A DNA stretch of 64,000 nt from Limisphaerales bacterium (GCA_003161635.1 PMOA01000155.1:23768-87767), one strand, 5' to 3'. Shown: positions 26,768-35,436, numbered from the stretch's first letter. The notes: generated from the letters alone by a model not told the origin. Made by a program: numbers and translations.

Positions 26768-28768
26768 CTCCCCTGCCCTCGCTCGTTGAAGCTTTGCCCG
26801 GGCACGTTCACCCTGCCCCGGCGCGCCACGCTGCAACTCGACGCCTCGCTTTCGTCCGACGTCGCGTGCGTGATCGCCAAGCGGCTGCAATCTGAATTGG
26901 AACGCCGGCCTCCGGCATGGCGCGAAGATCACGTTGGAGTTCAAGCCTTAGCTTGTTCGGGCGGCACGCTAAAGCGTGAACTCCAACGCGGCGGGTCGGA
27001 GACCGGCGCTCCGCCCGCAACCATCCGAGTCGTTCACAGCAAATCCGCCCCGACACATGCCGAGGGCTACAAGCTAACCATTGACCGCAACGGCGTGCGA
27101 ATCGAGTTTCGTGAAACTCCCGGTTTGCATGCCGCCGTTGCCACATTGCGACAATTGCTGCGCCAATACGGCCGGCATTTGCCGTGCCTGAAAATCCGCG
27201 ACTGGCCGGATTTTGCGCGTCGCGGCGTGATGTTGGACATCTCGCGCGGTCGCGTGCCCAAACTCAAAACACTGCTTGAACTGGTCGAGCACCTTGCCGA
27301 TTTCAAAATCAACGAATTTCAACTCTATACCGAACACACGTTTGCCTATCGCCGTTACCAATCCGTCTGGCAAAGCTGGGGTGCGCTGACCGGCGAGGAA
27401 ATTCGCAAGCTCGACGCGCGCTGCCAGCAACTGGGCATTGACCTCGTGCCCAACCAGAATTCCTTCGGCCATCTGGGACATATTCTGGAACATCCCCAGC
27501 TCAAAAAACTGGCCGAGGTCTCCGGGCCTTATCCCGACGCCAGTGGAGAATTTGTCCGCCAGCCTTCCACGCTGGCGCCGAATCATCCGGGCACCCTGCC
27601 CTTCCTGCGCGGACTTTACGACGAATTGCTGCCGAATTTCCCAAGCCGGTTTTTCAACGTTGGTTGCGACGAGACATTCGATCTCGGCCATGGTCGGAGC
27701 AAAAAACTTTGCGCCGTTAAAGGCCAGGGCCGCGTTTATCTCGATTTCCTCAAGCAGATTCATCGAGAGGTTTCCGCACGCGGCAAACGGATGATGTTCT
27801 GGGGCGACATCATCTTGAGATATCCGAAACTCATCAAAGAATTGGCCAAGCTCGGTAGGGATGCGCTGCCGCGCGTCCAGGCTGACCGGCAGGTCAGCCC
27901 TACCATTATCGCGCTCAACTGGGGTTATGAAGCGAATCATCCATTTGACCGGGAGGCCGCGTTGTTCGCCAAGGCAAAAATCCCGTTTTACGTCTGCCCC
28001 GGCACTTCAACGTGGCAGACGTTGATTGGCCGGCATGACAACGCGCTGGCTAATTTGCGCTCTGCCGCCCAAGCCGGGCGCAGGCACGGCGCGATGGGTT
28101 ATCTCATCACCGATTGGGGCGACGGCGGTCATCCGCAGCCGCTCGCCGTCAGTTATCTCCCCTATCTTGCCGGCGCGTCGCTGAGTTGGTGCGCCAAAAC
28201 CTTTGATGAGGCGAAGCTTATCCCGGTTTTGAACCGCGATGTTTTCAACGATTCGACCGGCAACGCGGCCAAAGCGGCGTTTGCGCTCGGCCGGGCACAT
28301 CGGAAGTTGAAATTCGCCGTTCCCAACGAAACGCCGCTGGGAACCGCCATCACCGTCCCACCGCCGGAACAGCACGAATTGTTTTGTCGGAACGGATTGA
28401 AACATCACGCATGGATTTCCGGCAAAAACATTCGCGCCACTTTGAAGGAAATAGAAAAGCAGCGTGCTGTGCTTCATCGGGCAAAACCTTCAAGCAAAAC
28501 TGGAAATGTTTTGTTGCATGAATTGGATCTGGCCGCGCGCATGGCCGCGCAGTCATGCCAGTTCATGCTTTGGCAGCAGGCGCGCGCGGCGGGAGAAAAC
28601 TCAAAGGCAAGGCATTTGGCGCGAACTGGCATCCGCGAATTGCGAAAACTGGAGAAGGATTTCAACGCCTACTGGTCTTTGCGCAACAAGGCCACGCCCA
28701 AACATTGCTCGGGGTTTCTTCGTTGGCGGATCCAAGATTATCGCAAATCACTCAATTTTTCTTTGTAG
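26738..28768 (+). CDS. GH20-like glycoside hydrolase (beta-hexosaminidase family), start uncertain
   Basis: IRDWPDFARRGVMLDISRG and FNVGCDETFDLG blocks resemble the GH20 catalytic domain. The TTG start lies inside a heptamer array. An in-frame palindromic repeat is present at 26932..26989. Confidence 0.6.
   Translation: MNSEHRTLNLLPCPRSLKLCPGTFTLPRRATLQLDASLSSDVACVIAKRLQSELERRPPAWREDHVGVQALACSGGTLKRELQRGGSETGAPPATIRVVHSKSAPTHAEGYKLTIDRNGVRIEFRETPGLHAAVATLRQLLRQYGRHLPCLKIRDWPDFARRGVMLDISRGRVPKLKTLLELVEHLADFKINEFQLYTEHTFAYRRYQSVWQSWGALTGEEIRKLDARCQQLGIDLVPNQNSFGHLGHILEHPQLKKLAEVSGPYPDASGEFVRQPSTLAPNHPGTLPFLRGLYDELLPNFPSRFFNVGCDETFDLGHGRSKKLCAVKGQGRVYLDFLKQIHREVSARGKRMMFWGDIILRYPKLIKELAKLGRDALPRVQADRQVSPTIIALNWGYEANHPFDREAALFAKAKIPFYVCPGTSTWQTLIGRHDNALANLRSAAQAGRRHGAMGYLITDWGDGGHPQPLAVSYLPYLAGASLSWCAKTFDEAKLIPVLNRDVFNDSTGNAAKAAFALGRAHRKLKFAVPNETPLGTAITVPPPEQHELFCRNGLKHHAWISGKNIRATLKEIEKQRAVLHRAKPSSKTGNVLLHELDLAARMAAQSCQFMLWQQARAAGENSKARHLARTGIRELRKLEKDFNAYWSLRNKATPKHCSGFLRWRIQDYRKSLNFSL
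26932..26989. repeat. Palindromic repeat translated in frame inside the GH20-like gene
   Basis: cgttggagttcaagccttagc-ttgttcgggcggcac-gctaaagcgtgaactccaacg encodes ..VGVQALACSGGTLKRELQR... A related unit (cagcctgaaggctggacaccaaac) lies at ~8045-8070. Confidence 0.7.
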
Positions 28769-28829
28769 GAGTCGAGGTAACAAGACTCATATTTTGAGAA
28801 GCCAGAGACCCCTTACGTCGTCCCCTACG
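28765..28829. repeat. Family J element, second copy
   Basis: gtaggagtcgaggtaacaagactc ... acgtcgtcccctacg. It overlaps the GH20 stop and abuts the oppC stop. Confidence 0.75.
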
Positions 28830-28830
28830 A

Positions 28831-29859
28831 TTATTTGCTTTTCACATCCCACGCATCGCGCAGGCCGTCGCCGAGAAAGTTCAGCGCCAGCAACGTCGTG
28901 ACGAGCACGCCACCGGGAAATGCAATCAACCACCAGTAAATCCGGATGGGATTGATTTGCGAAACGCCTTCCGCGATGAGCGTGCCCCAGCTCGCCATCG
29001 GCGGCTGCACACCCAAACCCAGGTAGCTCAGGAACGATTCGTAAAGCACGATCGCCGGCACGGTGAGCGCCAGATAGGTAATCACGACGCCAAAAACGTT
29101 CGGGATGATGTGCCGCGCCAAAATCCGCACCGGTCCGCCGCCCATCGCGCGGCTCGCTTCCACGAACGCACGCGTTCGCAAAGATAAAACCTGTCCGCGC
29201 ACGATTCGCGCCATCGTCAACCACGACACCGCGCCGAGGCCAACGAACAGCAACACGACGCGAAGTTGTCTGGTGAGCGCGGGTGAATTTTCGACAAAGT
29301 GCGATTGCTTGAGCAATTCGCCCAGCGTGGTCAGCAAAACAATCACGAAAATAATCGTGGGCAGTGAATAAAGAACATCCACGACGCGCATCAACGCGCT
29401 GTCCACGCGCCCGCCCACGTAACCGGCAATCGCGCCCCACAGCACGCCGATGACGAGGCTCACGCCCGCGCCGACAATGCCGACGAGCAGTGAAATTTGC
29501 GCGCCGAACAAAATGCGGGAAAAAACATCACGCCCATGCACGTCTGTGCCGAACCAGTGTTGCGCGCCCGGCGGCGCAAATGCTGCGTCGGAAAGCTGGT
29601 TGGGATCGTGAATTTGGGCAAATGTCCCGCCGGAAACTTTCAGGACGATGGGCCACGCGACGAGTGCCAGCAGCAGGAAAACCAGGTACCACGCGCTGAC
29701 AACTGCGGCACGATTTCGCCGGAAGCGCTGCCACGCGCGCTGGCCGGGACTGGAGTGCTGTCGAGGGTCGAGGGTCGAGGGTAGAGCGCCAGAAGGCGGT
29801 CGTCCGGGCGTCAGGTTGCCCTCGACTCTCGTCTCTCGTCTTTCGACCGGTTCACTCAT
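28831..29859 (-). CDS. Peptide/nickel ABC transporter permease (OppC/DppC-like)
   Basis: BPD-transporter permease with 6 TM. ATGAGTGA overlaps the upstream permease stop. The N-terminal tail is encoded by the repeat at 29761..29848. Confidence 0.8.
   Translation of the reverse strand: MSEPVERRETRVEGNLTPGRPPSGALPSTLDPRQHSSPGQRAWQRFRRNRAAVVSAWYLVFLLLALVAWPIVLKVSGGTFAQIHDPNQLSDAAFAPPGAQHWFGTDVHGRDVFSRILFGAQISLLVGIVGAGVSLVIGVLWGAIAGYVGGRVDSALMRVVDVLYSLPTIIFVIVLLTTLGELLKQSHFVENSPALTRQLRVVLLFVGLGAVSWLTMARIVRGQVLSLRTRAFVEASRAMGGGPVRILARHIIPNVFGVVITYLALTVPAIVLYESFLSYLGLGVQPPMASWGTLIAEGVSQINPIRIYWWLIAFPGGVLVTTLLALNFLGDGLRDAWDVKSK
29761..29848. repeat. Cargo-less heptamer-arm hairpin element inside the 5' end of oppC-like gene
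   Basis: (TCGAGGG)x3 at 29761..29781, a ~36-nt spacer, then gccctcgactctcgtctctcgtctttcgacc. It shares the identical 18-mer ctcgactctcgtctctcg with the queG copy. Confidence 0.8.
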
Positions 29860-30766
29860 ATTTCACGCGCGGGTCAAGCAGGGTGTAGGCGAAATCCACC
29901 ACCAAGTTCAGACCGATGAGCAATATTGCGTAGAGCAAGGAAAGGCCGACGATGAGGGGATAATCAAGATTCAACGAGCTGTTGACGAGAAAGACGCCAA
30001 TGCCGGGAATCTGGAAGATGTTTTCAATGACGAACGAACCGGTCAGCAGGTCGGCCAGCATCGGGCCGGAATAGGAAACGACCGGCAGCACGGCGATGCG
30101 GAAGGCGTGCCTGAGCAACAGCCGATTTTCGCCCAATCCTTTGGCGCGGGCCGCGGTGACGAACTCGGATTGCATGGCGTTTAACATTCCCTCGCGCATC
30201 AACCGGGCGACCTTGCCGGCAAAAAACAGGCCAAGGGCGATGGGCGGCAAAATCATATGCCACGGAGTTTCCCACAACCCAACCGGCAGCAATTTCCATT
30301 TGATCGAGAACAGCAGGATCAACAACGGTGCAATAACGAAGCCCGGCACGCAGACAACGAGCATGGAAAAAAAACTGCCGGCATAGTCCTCCCAGCGTCC
30401 GCGCCGGGCTGCGGTAAAAAACCCGACGGGCAACCCGACCCCCATCGCAAAGCCAAACGCCAGCGCGCCGAGCAGCATCGAGACCGGCAACCCTTGGGCG
30501 ATGATGTCGTTGACCGTATGGTTGCGATATTTGAGTGAGACACCGAAGTCGCCATGCGCCAGATCGCCTAGGTAGCGGAAATATTGTTTCCAAACCGGTT
30601 CATCGAGATGATATTTCGCTTTAATGGCACGTTCGATTTCCGGGGAAGCCGGCGCGCGTTCCCGGTCAAACGGTCCACCGGGAGCGAGATGCACCAAGGC
30701 GAACGCCAGCGCGCTGATGACAAGCAGCAGCGGCACGGCGAAGATAAGGCGCTTCAGAAAATACAT
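29852..30766 (-). CDS. Peptide/nickel ABC transporter permease (OppB/DppB-like)
   Basis: MYFLKRLIFAVPLLLVIS..F.LVHLAPGGPF is a canonical OppB N-terminus; 304 aa. Confidence 0.85.
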   Translation of the reverse strand: MYFLKRLIFAVPLLLVISALAFALVHLAPGGPFDRERAPASPEIERAIKAKYHLDEPVWKQYFRYLGDLAHGDFGVSLKYRNHTVNDIIAQGLPVSMLLGALAFGFAMGVGLPVGFFTAARRGRWEDYAGSFFSMLVVCVPGFVIAPLLILLFSIKWKLLPVGLWETPWHMILPPIALGLFFAGKVARLMREGMLNAMQSEFVTAARAKGLGENRLLLRHAFRIAVLPVVSYSGPMLADLLTGSFVIENIFQIPGIGVFLVNSSLNLDYPLIVGLSLLYAILLIGLNLVVDFAYTLLDPRVKYE

Positions 30767-30769
30767 GAT

Positions 30770-31201
30770 TCAGTCGAGAGTCGAGGGTCGAGGGTCGAGA
30801 GCCGGAGGCTTCGTGCGACGGAATGGAGTTTTTGAAGTTGGGACGGAAAGAGAACAATTTAAAGAAACGGTGCGTTTTGCGAGCCTTTCCAGTTCGTCAA
30901 AAAGCGGATCGAGATCGCTTTCCTTGACATAGCCTTCGTCAAGCACGAGGTAAAAAATGGATGCGACTTCCATGAGCGAACCGTAAGATTGTTCAAGAAA
31001 GTGCGCAAAGTCCTTGTCTGAATTTCGGCCGGAACCTTCCGCAATGTTGGACGAAACGGAAATGGAAGCGCGGCGGATTTGCGACGTCATGGCAAATAAT
31101 TCCTCCCTGAGGAATTTGCGGGTGAGCCGGTAAATAACTTGATTGATTTTTCTGGCTTCCTGCCAGACCTCCAGTTTTTCAAAACGGAATCGTGTTTTCA
31201 T
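30770..31201 (-). CDS. Four-helix-bundle protein (TIGR02436 / PF05635, '23S rRNA intervening sequence protein', Avd-like)
   Basis: ORF 30770..31360; the likely start is MKTRFRFEKLEVWQ at 31201. Signature FEKLEVWQEA...SQIRRASISVSSNIAEGSGR...FLEQSYGSLMEV. The C-terminal PPALDPRPSTLD is encoded by a heptamer arm. Confidence 0.8.
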   Translation of the reverse strand: MKTRFRFEKLEVWQEARKINQVIYRLTRKFLREELFAMTSQIRRASISVSSNIAEGSGRNSDKDFAHFLEQSYGSLMEVASIFYLVLDEGYVKESDLDPLFDELERLAKRTVSLNCSLSVPTSKTPFRRTKPPALDPRPSTLD

Positions 31202-31270
31202 TCTCCCATTCCTTTCATTGTTTGTTTGCGTTATCAAGCTCTCGACCCTCGACTCTGGACCCTCGACCCG
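30774..31270. mobile_element. IVS-like insertion: inverted heptamer-array arms (TCGAGRG x4 / CYCTSGA x4) enclosing the four-helix-bundle gene, between oppA-like and oppB-like genes
   Basis: The left arm 30774..30801 is tcgagagtcgagggtcgagggtcgagag. The reverse complement of the right arm (~31239..31269) is gggtcgagggtccagagtcgagggtcgagag, so the ~28-nt arms are near-complementary. The loop is ~437 nt and carries the cargo gene. Mobility is an inference. Confidence 0.45.
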
Positions 31271-32888
31271 TTTTGCGGATGGCTTGCAACGGATGGTTGT
31301 CCAAGACGTTTGGGTAAATGCCTTGAATCCTGTTGGTATCGTAATAGTTGATGCCGACATAGAAGTAAACCGGCACGATGGGAACTTCGTCTCGCACCAG
31401 AATCGTTTCCGCCCGCTGAAAAAGCTTTTCGCGCGCCTTCAAATCGGGCTCCTGGTTTGCCCGCTGGACGAGATCGTCGTATTGCGCGTTTTTCCAGCCG
31501 GTGCGGTTGTTGCCGTCATTGCTGGTAAACAGGCCCAGAAACGTGTTCGCGTCGTTGTAGTCGGCCACCCAGCCCGAGCGCGAGAGGTCGTAATCAAGTT
31601 GCGACTGCGCATTCAAATAAGCCGCCCATTCCATCTGCCTCAAGTCCATCTGGATGCCCAACTGATCGCGCCACATTTGCTGCAATTCGACGGCGATCTT
31701 TTCATGAATTTTTGAACCGCCACCCGCCGAGGCATTGAACATATATTGAAAGCGGGGAAAGCCCTGGCCGCCGGGATAACCGGCGTGGGCCAGTAATTTT
31801 CGCGCCCGCGCCGGGTCGTAACCCAATCCTTCCGGCGATGTGTAATTGGCCGTGCCGGCGGGAACGAGATGCGAAGCGGGTTGCTCACCGCCCTGGGTGA
31901 TTTTTTTTACGATGCGTTCCTTGTCCACAGCCAGCGCCAGTGCCTGGCGCACCCGCGGGTCGTCAAACGGTTTGCGCGTGACGTTGAATCGGAAAAAGTA
32001 AGTGTCGAGACAAATGAACGTGTGAAAGTCCGGACGCTTGAGCAGCACGTCCAGCAACCCGGCAGGAATCAAGGCCGCATCCCAAACGATGTCCGCCTCG
32101 CCTCGCTCATAAAGACTCAACGCCGCATTGGCCGAACCGACCGGCAGGATGTCAATGAGGTCCGACTGCGTGTTGGCGGCGTTCCAGTAACGGGGATTTT
32201 TCCGCAGGCGGATCTTGTCGTTCAACCGCCAGTAAACCAGATCGTAAGCGCCACTGACCGGCAGCGGTTTGGCCATAAGCCAGCGGTCACCGTATTTTTC
32301 AATCGTCTGGCGCGGCACCATACTGGTCACCGGTATGGCACAGATGTCGGAAAAAAACGGCGTGGGATGATTCAACTCAACGCGCACGGTCAACGGGTCA
32401 GCCGCGTGAACACCCACTTGGGTTGGATCTTTGATTTTGCCGTCAGTGAAATCCTGCGCATTTTTCAGGAAAAAAAGCTGCCCCGCGTATTCGGAAGCGG
32501 TGGCGGGGTTGAGCGCGCGAATCCACGAATAAACCACGTCGTCTGCCGTAATGGGTTCGCCGGTGGACCAAACCAGGTTCGACCGCAAATGAAAGGTGTA
32601 AGTGCAGCCGTCGGGTGAAATTTCCCAGCGTTCTGCCAAGCCGGGGATCGCACGCCCCGTTTTCGGGTCGAACTGTGTCAATCCCTCAAACACTCCCTGC
32701 GCCACCCGCATATCGGCCTGGCCGGAAAGGATGGCCGGATCCAGCGATTGCGGCTCTGCGCCGTTGAGGATGGTGATGTCTGCCGGCGGCTCATGACGGA
32801 CACAGCCCGTAAAACAAATCAAGATCGCGACGCAAAAAGCAAAACGCGCCCGCGAAAAAATCCGCCGGGCGCGTTGGGAAATGGACAT
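31215..32888 (-). CDS. Peptide ABC transporter substrate-binding lipoprotein (family 5 SBP, OppA/DppA-like)
   Basis: ORF 31215..32924; the start at MSISQRA (32888) avoids overlap with secG. Lipobox FTGC and SBP_bac_5-like length. The C-terminal GRGSRVEGRELD is encoded by a heptamer arm. Confidence 0.8.
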   Translation of the reverse strand: MSISQRARRIFSRARFAFCVAILICFTGCVRHEPPADITILNGAEPQSLDPAILSGQADMRVAQGVFEGLTQFDPKTGRAIPGLAERWEISPDGCTYTFHLRSNLVWSTGEPITADDVVYSWIRALNPATASEYAGQLFFLKNAQDFTDGKIKDPTQVGVHAADPLTVRVELNHPTPFFSDICAIPVTSMVPRQTIEKYGDRWLMAKPLPVSGAYDLVYWRLNDKIRLRKNPRYWNAANTQSDLIDILPVGSANAALSLYERGEADIVWDAALIPAGLLDVLLKRPDFHTFICLDTYFFRFNVTRKPFDDPRVRQALALAVDKERIVKKITQGGEQPASHLVPAGTANYTSPEGLGYDPARARKLLAHAGYPGGQGFPRFQYMFNASAGGGSKIHEKIAVELQQMWRDQLGIQMDLRQMEWAAYLNAQSQLDYDLSRSGWVADYNDANTFLGLFTSNDGNNRTGWKNAQYDDLVQRANQEPDLKAREKLFQRAETILVRDEVPIVPVYFYVGINYYDTNRIQGIYPNVLDNHPLQAIRKTGRGSRVEGRELDNANKQ

Positions 32889-32892
32889 CGCG

Positions 32893-33330
32893 TTATTTCG
32901 ATTGCGTCGGCGCAGCCGGGGCATTGGTTGGCGCAGACAGGGGCAATGACAGCAAATTGTTTGTGGGCGCAGCCGCCGGTTGGGAAACGGGCGGCGTCAC
33001 CGGCTGGGGCGCGGAAATCGGCGTTTGCATTTGCTGTTTTTGTTGAACTTGTTTTTCAAATTCCAATGCGCCGCCTTGTTTATGCACCCGGTCTTGCAAA
33101 TAGCCGAGCACCAGGGCCAACCCGAAGAAAATTATGGTCGCGTATTTCGTGACCTTGGTCAGCACGTTACCCGAACCCGCGCCAAACAGCGCGTCCGCCG
33201 CCGCCCCGCCAAACGCCATGCCGGCACCGGCGTCTTTCTTTGGCAGTTGAATCAAAATCAGCAGAATCAACAATGCGCAATTGATAACCAGAAAAAATGT
33301 CAAAATTCCAACGATGAAACTCATAATCAA
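32893..33330 (-). CDS. secG: Preprotein translocase subunit SecG with a Pro/Gln-rich C-terminal extension
   Basis: Two TM helices with LIQLPKKDAGAGMAFGG..ADALFGA between them. Confidence 0.8.
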   Translation of the reverse strand: MIMSFIVGILTFFLVINCALLILLILIQLPKKDAGAGMAFGGAAADALFGAGSGNVLTKVTKYATIIFFGLALVLGYLQDRVHKQGGALEFEKQVQQKQQMQTPISAPQPVTPPVSQPAAAPTNNLLSLPLSAPTNAPAAPTQSK

Positions 33331-33333
33331 TTT

Positions 33334-34098
33334 CTATATTGAATTCTTAATAATGTCAGCAAAACTTCGCGCTTCGAGCGACGCGCCGCCGACCAGCGCG
33401 CCGTCCACGTCCGGCTGGCCCATCAACTCGAGCGCGTTCGCCGGTTTCACACTGCCGCCGTATTGAATGCGGACTTTTTTGGCGACGCCTTCGTCAAAAA
33501 CCTTCACCAGCAGCGAACGAATGAAGGCATGCGCGTCCTGCGCCTGCTGCGTGGTCGCCGTTTTGCCCGTGCCGATGGCCCAAACCGGTTCGTAAGCAAT
33601 GATGGTCTCAACCATTTGTTCTTTCGTCAAACCGGCGAGGCTGCCGCGCACTTGCGTCTCCAAAACCTTTTCCGTCTGTCCCTCCTCGCGTTCGGCGAGC
33701 GTTTCACCAACACAGACGATGGGTTTGAGCGAGGCACCATGGACCGCCGCCGCTTTTCTGGCAATGAGCGCGTTGGATTCCTTTTGATACTGGCGCCGCT
33801 CGGAATGGCCGAGAATGACGTAGCGCACGGAAAATTCCTTGAGCATCCCGGCGCAAATCTCGCCGGTGAACGCGCCGAAATTCTGCGCGCTCATGTTTTG
33901 CGCGCCGAGCCGGAGGTTCGAGTCAAGGATGACCTTCGACACCGATTCCAGCGCCGTGAATGGCGGGCAGATGACGATGTCCACTTCCCTGATATTGGCC
34001 AATTCCAGCTTGAGGTTGCTGACCAATGCCAGCGCCTCGGCAGCCGTTTTATTCATCTTCCAGTTGCCGGCAATAATCAATTTACGTTCTTTGTTCAT
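33334..34098 (-). CDS. tpiA: Triosephosphate isomerase
   Basis: AGNWKMN, GHSERR, AYEPVWAIGTG and GGSV motifs. Confidence 0.92.
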   Translation of the reverse strand: MNKERKLIIAGNWKMNKTAAEALALVSNLKLELANIREVDIVICPPFTALESVSKVILDSNLRLGAQNMSAQNFGAFTGEICAGMLKEFSVRYVILGHSERRQYQKESNALIARKAAAVHGASLKPIVCVGETLAEREEGQTEKVLETQVRGSLAGLTKEQMVETIIAYEPVWAIGTGKTATTQQAQDAHAFIRSLLVKVFDEGVAKKVRIQYGGSVKPANALELMGQPDVDGALVGGASLEARSFADIIKNSI

Positions 34099-34107
34099 GT
34101 CTTAAAA

Positions 34108-34176
34108 ATCGTCCTCCTCCTCGTTCTCGTCCTCGGCATCTCGATTACGAGAACGAGGACGAAGGACGAGGAGGAT
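34108..34176. repeat. Intercistronic (pgk-tpiA) long imperfect hairpin built from GAGGAC/CGAGGA short repeats
   Basis: atcgtcctcctcctcgttctcgtcctcggcatctcgattacgagaacgaggacgaaggacgaggaggat. The inner stem ctcgttctcg/cgagaacgag is perfect (10 bp) and the outer stem is tcctcctc/gaggagga. Confidence 0.8.
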
Positions 34177-34179
34177 AAA

Positions 34180-35436
34180 TTATTTCTCGCTCAGCGCCGC
34201 GACGCCGGGCAGGACCGCGCCTTCCAAAAATTCCAAACTCGCGCCGCCACCGGTGCTCATGAACGTCACCTTGTCGCCAAGTTTGGCCTGGTTGAGCGCC
34301 TTCACGCTGTCACCGCCGCCGATGATGCTCTTCGCGCCGTTCTTTTGTGTCGCGTCCGCCACGGCCTGCGCGACGGCGTTCGTGCCGGCGGCAAATTGTT
34401 TGTTTTCAAACAAGCCCATGGGTCCGTTCCATAAAATTGTCTTCGCCCTGGCCACCACATCCGAATACGCCTTGACCGTCGCCGGACCGATATCCAGCCC
34501 TGCCGCATCAGCCGGACAATTCATGTCCGAGCTTGCGCGCGGATTCTGCCATTCGATGACCGGCTTGCCCTTTTTATCGAGCTTGTCGGTCTTCACCGGC
34601 ACGGCCACCACGTCGTCCAACGGCAAAAGGAATTGAACTTTCCTGGCCTTGGCTTTTTCGAGTGCGGACTTGGCGATGTTGATCGCATCCGACTCAACCA
34701 GCGATTTGCCGGTCTGGTAACCCTGCGCCAGGCGGAACGTGTAAGCCATTGCACCGCCAATCAAAATCGAGTCCGCCTTTTCCAGCAGCCGGTCAATGAC
34801 CTTGATCTTGTCGGAAACTTTCGCGCCGCCAAGAATCACGACAAACGGGCGCGCCGGTTTGTCCAATTCATCGCCGAGAAATTTCAATTCGCGTTCCATC
34901 AGCAGACCGGCGGCGCACTTGCCACCGCGTTTGGCAACCACGCGGGCGACGCCTTCCGTCGAAGCGTGCGCGCGATGCGCCGAGCCGAATGCGTCGTTCA
35001 CATAAACGTCGGCGACCTTCGCGAGCTTTTCGGCGAACGCCGGGTCGTTGGCCTCCTCCTCATTGTAATAACGGACGTTTTCGAGCAGCACCACGTCGCC
35101 ATTTTTCATTCCCGCAACGGCTTTCTCGACCTTTTCGCCGATGCAATCGTCCACGAACCCGACGGGTTTGCCGAGCAACTCGGACAATTTGGCTGCGACC
35201 GGCTTCAGCGACATGGTCGCGTCGCGTTTGCCTTTGGGCCGGCCAAGGTGCGCGGTCAAAATCAACTTACCGCCCTTCTCGATGAGCAATTTCAGCGTGG
35301 GTAGCGTCTCGACGATGCGCGTGGCATCGGTGATGACCATCTGGCCATCTTTTTCTTCCAGCGGCACGTTATAATCCACGCGCATGAAAACGCGTTTGCC
35401 GCGAACATCCAAATCACGAACCGTAAGTTTTGCCAT
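34180..35436 (-). CDS. pgk: Phosphoglycerate kinase
   Basis: RVDYNVPL N-terminus, GGAKVSDKI and MSTGGGASLEFLEG. Confidence 0.95.
   Translation of the reverse strand: MAKLTVRDLDVRGKRVFMRVDYNVPLEEKDGQMVITDATRIVETLPTLKLLIEKGGKLILTAHLGRPKGKRDATMSLKPVAAKLSELLGKPVGFVDDCIGEKVEKAVAGMKNGDVVLLENVRYYNEEEANDPAFAEKLAKVADVYVNDAFGSAHRAHASTEGVARVVAKRGGKCAAGLLMERELKFLGDELDKPARPFVVILGGAKVSDKIKVIDRLLEKADSILIGGAMAYTFRLAQGYQTGKSLVESDAINIAKSALEKAKARKVQFLLPLDDVVAVPVKTDKLDKKGKPVIEWQNPRASSDMNCPADAAGLDIGPATVKAYSDVVARAKTILWNGPMGLFENKQFAAGTNAVAQAVADATQKNGAKSIIGGGDSVKALNQAKLGDKVTFMSTGGGASLEFLEGAVLPGVAALSEK

Noticed and set aside
30770-31201. Four-helix-bundle (Avd-like) gene as part of a diversity-generating retroelement
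   Set aside because: No reverse transcriptase, template/variable repeat pair or target gene with a C-type lectin fold is present nearby. Only the protein family link is retained.
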